Source: Candidatus Latescibacterota bacterium
GTDB lineage: Bacteria > Latescibacterota > UBA2968 > UBA8231
DNA: 64,000 nt
Assembly (NCBI GenBank): GCA_965217585.1
Contig: OZ244561.1
Coordinates: forward strand, 2,592,001 to 2,656,000
Direction of reading: 5' to 3'
Part shown: piece by piece, positions 61,860 through 64,000 of the stretch
Position numbering within the stretch: the first letter of the stretch is position 1
Layout: each line of letters opens with the position of its first letter
The notes under the pieces: model-generated
What the model saw: only the letters and a program-made list of their open reading frames with translations
What the model was told of the DNA's origin: nothing
The model's database searches: none
Translations under genes and position numbers: made by a program

Positions 61860-62912
61860 ATGAAAATAACCGAAGTGCGGTCGATCTATCCCCGCTATCG
61901 CGTCGCGCCCGCGGCTTGGCGCCGGCACTTCTGGCAGATGGTTGTGCGCATAGATACAGATGTCGGCGTCAGCGGCTGGGGAGCGGGTGGCGGCGGGATT
62001 GCTGCTGTAGAGGTGATCAACCGCCACCTGCGCGAGTTGCTGGTGGGGCGCAGCATCAACAGCATTGAAGATGTCGCCCGGCTCTGGGACGACCAATACA
62101 AGGCCAGCTTGCCCTATGGTCGCAGCGGGATCGCCGTCATGGCCATCAGCGGCGTGGACTTGGCGCTGTGGGATGTCTTGGGCCGAGCGGAAGAGAAGTC
62201 CGTCTGCGACTTGCTGGGCGGTCGGCGGCGGGACGAGGTGTGCGCCTACGCCACAGGCCCAGATTGCGCTTGGTATCGCGACTTGGGTTTTGATGCCCAT
62301 AAGTCTTCGCAGACGCGACGCGCAAGCCAAGCCGAAGATGCGGCGCGCATATTTGAGTGGGCCCAGCGGGCGCGCCAGACCTTGGGCGAAGACGCGCTCT
62401 TGATGATCGACGCCTATATGTCGTGGTCCCCCGACTTCACCCTGGCCGTAGCGCAGCAACTCGCGCCATTCAACATATACTGGTTTGAAGACGTGCTGCT
62501 GCCCGACGATCTGGACGGCTTGGCGGCGTTGCGTCCGCAGATCCAACCCATTTTGTTAGCTGGCGGCGAACACGAATTCACCGCACGGGATTTCGGCTAT
62601 ATCGCCAGAGTGCGGGCGCTGGATTTGTGGCAACCAGACGTCACTTGGTGCGGCGGTTTGACGGCGGCGCTGCGCATTGACAAGCTCGCCCAAGCTCACG
62701 GCATCCCCTTGGTGCCTCACCGCGGCGGCGAGATTTGGGGTCTGCACTTTTTGGCGGCTGGCTACGGCGACAATTTGGCCGAAATAGTCATGGGTAGGCG
62801 CGGTGCGGTGCGCGACAAGCTATGGCTGGGTGAGCCGCAACCGCAGGAGGGGCACTTAGTTCTGCCTGAAGGCCCGGGATTTGGCGTCGAGGTAAACGAG
62901 GAGTTGCTATAA
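61860..62912 (+). CDS. Mandelate racemase/enolase-superfamily acid-sugar dehydratase (rhamnonate dehydratase-like)
   Basis: AISGVDLALWD, MIDAY, WFED, GGEHE, QPDVTWCGG, PH. Confidence 0.88.
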   Translation: MKITEVRSIYPRYRVAPAAWRRHFWQMVVRIDTDVGVSGWGAGGGGIAAVEVINRHLRELLVGRSINSIEDVARLWDDQYKASLPYGRSGIAVMAISGVDLALWDVLGRAEEKSVCDLLGGRRRDEVCAYATGPDCAWYRDLGFDAHKSSQTRRASQAEDAARIFEWAQRARQTLGEDALLMIDAYMSWSPDFTLAVAQQLAPFNIYWFEDVLLPDDLDGLAALRPQIQPILLAGGEHEFTARDFGYIARVRALDLWQPDVTWCGGLTAALRIDKLAQAHGIPLVPHRGGEIWGLHFLAAGYGDNLAEIVMGRRGAVRDKLWLGEPQPQEGHLVLPEGPGFGVEVNEELL

Positions 62913-62934
62913 GTTTCTCTAAGCAGCCGAGGCC

Positions 62935-63522
62935 CTACTCTTTAACTGCCAAAGATAATAGGTACGTCCCCCGCTGTTTGATCTTCTTGTAATTGCCGAA
63001 GACTTCCTTGAAATTGCGCTTGATGTACTCCTTTAGCCCGGCAATGGTGACGACCCACAGGTGTCCGCCCGGCTCGAGGCGGGCGCAGGCGTCGTGCATG
63101 ATGAGCGTCAGGAGTTCGTTGCCTGTTTTCGCGGGTAGATTGGAGGCAATAGTGTCAAAGCGCACGTGGGCGGGCACGTGGCTGAAGGCATTACTCAAAT
63201 AGGCGCGACAATTGGTTAGCCCGTTGCGTTCGGCGTTTTGCGCCGCATAGTCGACGGCGACGAAGTCCTTGTCGATTAGATGGACCTCGCCCTCGGGGCA
63301 GAGATAGCCCAAAGCCAAGCCGATTGGACCATATCCGCATCCTAAGTCGAGGCAGCGGTCGGCAGGCCCGGCTTTGATATGCTCGATGAGCAGCCGCGTA
63401 CCGGGGTCAATGCGTTTGGGGTTGAAAAGGCCCCAAGTGGAGTGAAAGGTAAAAGCGCGCCCCCTGAGGGTCTCTGCAAATACAATGTCTTCGCACAGGC
63501 GGCTTATATCTCTAGCAGGCAT
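62935..63522 (-). CDS. Small class I SAM methyltransferase (RsmC/MTS-like)
   Basis: GLF..IDPGTRLL, LDLGCGYGPIG, SNLP. Confidence 0.88.
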   Translation of the reverse strand: MPARDISRLCEDIVFAETLRGRAFTFHSTWGLFNPKRIDPGTRLLIEHIKAGPADRCLDLGCGYGPIGLALGYLCPEGEVHLIDKDFVAVDYAAQNAERNGLTNCRAYLSNAFSHVPAHVRFDTIASNLPAKTGNELLTLIMHDACARLEPGGHLWVVTIAGLKEYIKRNFKEVFGNYKKIKQRGTYLLSLAVKE

Positions 63523-63629
63523 TGAAAAAGGTGCGTCAGGGTCAATTTTCGCTTAACCTAATAAGGCTCGTATCTCAAACTCAAGCGGGCCGGCGATATA
63601 GAAGGTACACGCAACCGTCCATTTTGCAC

Positions 63630-64000
63630 ATGACCAATAAAACAACACGCGGGCCTCTGAGGTGGCTCCGCGGCGATATGCACAACCACTGCGAAGATCA
63701 CTCCTTGGTCGCCGAGCATTTGGAAGGGGTATGCAACACTCTTGATTTTATAGCCCTGACCAACCACGCGCAAAAACCCGTCTTCTTTGAACAGCACCGC
63801 ATGATTGAGCAAGCGCGCCGCATCCTGCCGGGGTTCCCCATCTTCTTCGGACTAGAGTGGAACGCGCCTAGGGGGGGCCACGCCGGGCTCGTCTTTCCGA
63901 TAGGCGAGCGCGAGGCCGAAAACGCCTACGCCTTCGCCGCAGCCCATGACCGGCTGGGCGCGTCGGCTCCTGTTGGCGTAGAAGCGGCCCTAGAACATCT
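63630..64000 (+). CDS. PHP-domain metallo-hydrolase; runs off the window edge
   Basis: Not in the ORF track. MTNK..WLRGDMHNHC..DFIALTNH..GLEWN..GGH. Confidence 0.8.
   Translation, partial: MTNKTTRGPLRWLRGDMHNHCEDHSLVAEHLEGVCNTLDFIALTNHAQKPVFFEQHRMIEQARRILPGFPIFFGLEWNAPRGGHAGLVFPIGEREAENAYAFAAAHDRLGASAPVGVEAALEH

Overview
Core chromosome around the replication origin of a fairly GC-rich bacterium. Gene content and order suggest the FCB group (Latescibacterota-like), but this is inference. From left to right: a decayed integrated element (secreted-protein gene and primase-helicase fragments) at the 3' end of tRNA-Sec; a rearranged ispE-tRNA-Gln-rplY-pth-hppA-rpsF-DUF2232-rplI operon lacking prs and rpsR; a TPR / sigma-54 activator / DegP / M24 peptidase operon; a variant cytochrome c maturation cluster (CxxxY CcmE, CcmF-CcmH fusion); two tandem DUF151-UVR genes; an IS cluster (IS5 interrupted by IS630, plus an intact IS982); an XRE regulator divergent from a promoter- and terminator-bounded structured ncRNA; glycosyltransferases, sucCD, rplU-rpmA, RNase G, an S41 protease, tmk, rsmG, parS sites, mnmE-yidC-yidD-rnpA-rpmH, dnaA-oriC-dnaN-recF-dciA-gyrB-gyrA, three tRNAs, a sugar ABC transporter with a sulfatase, and further catabolic genes. 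The best leads are the XRE/ncRNA switch with matching operators in both promoters, a GyrA C-gate-like helical insert in the S41 protease, the hybrid Ccm system, and a CWGG-to-CWAG compositional signature. All calls come from reading the sequence; no searches were run.
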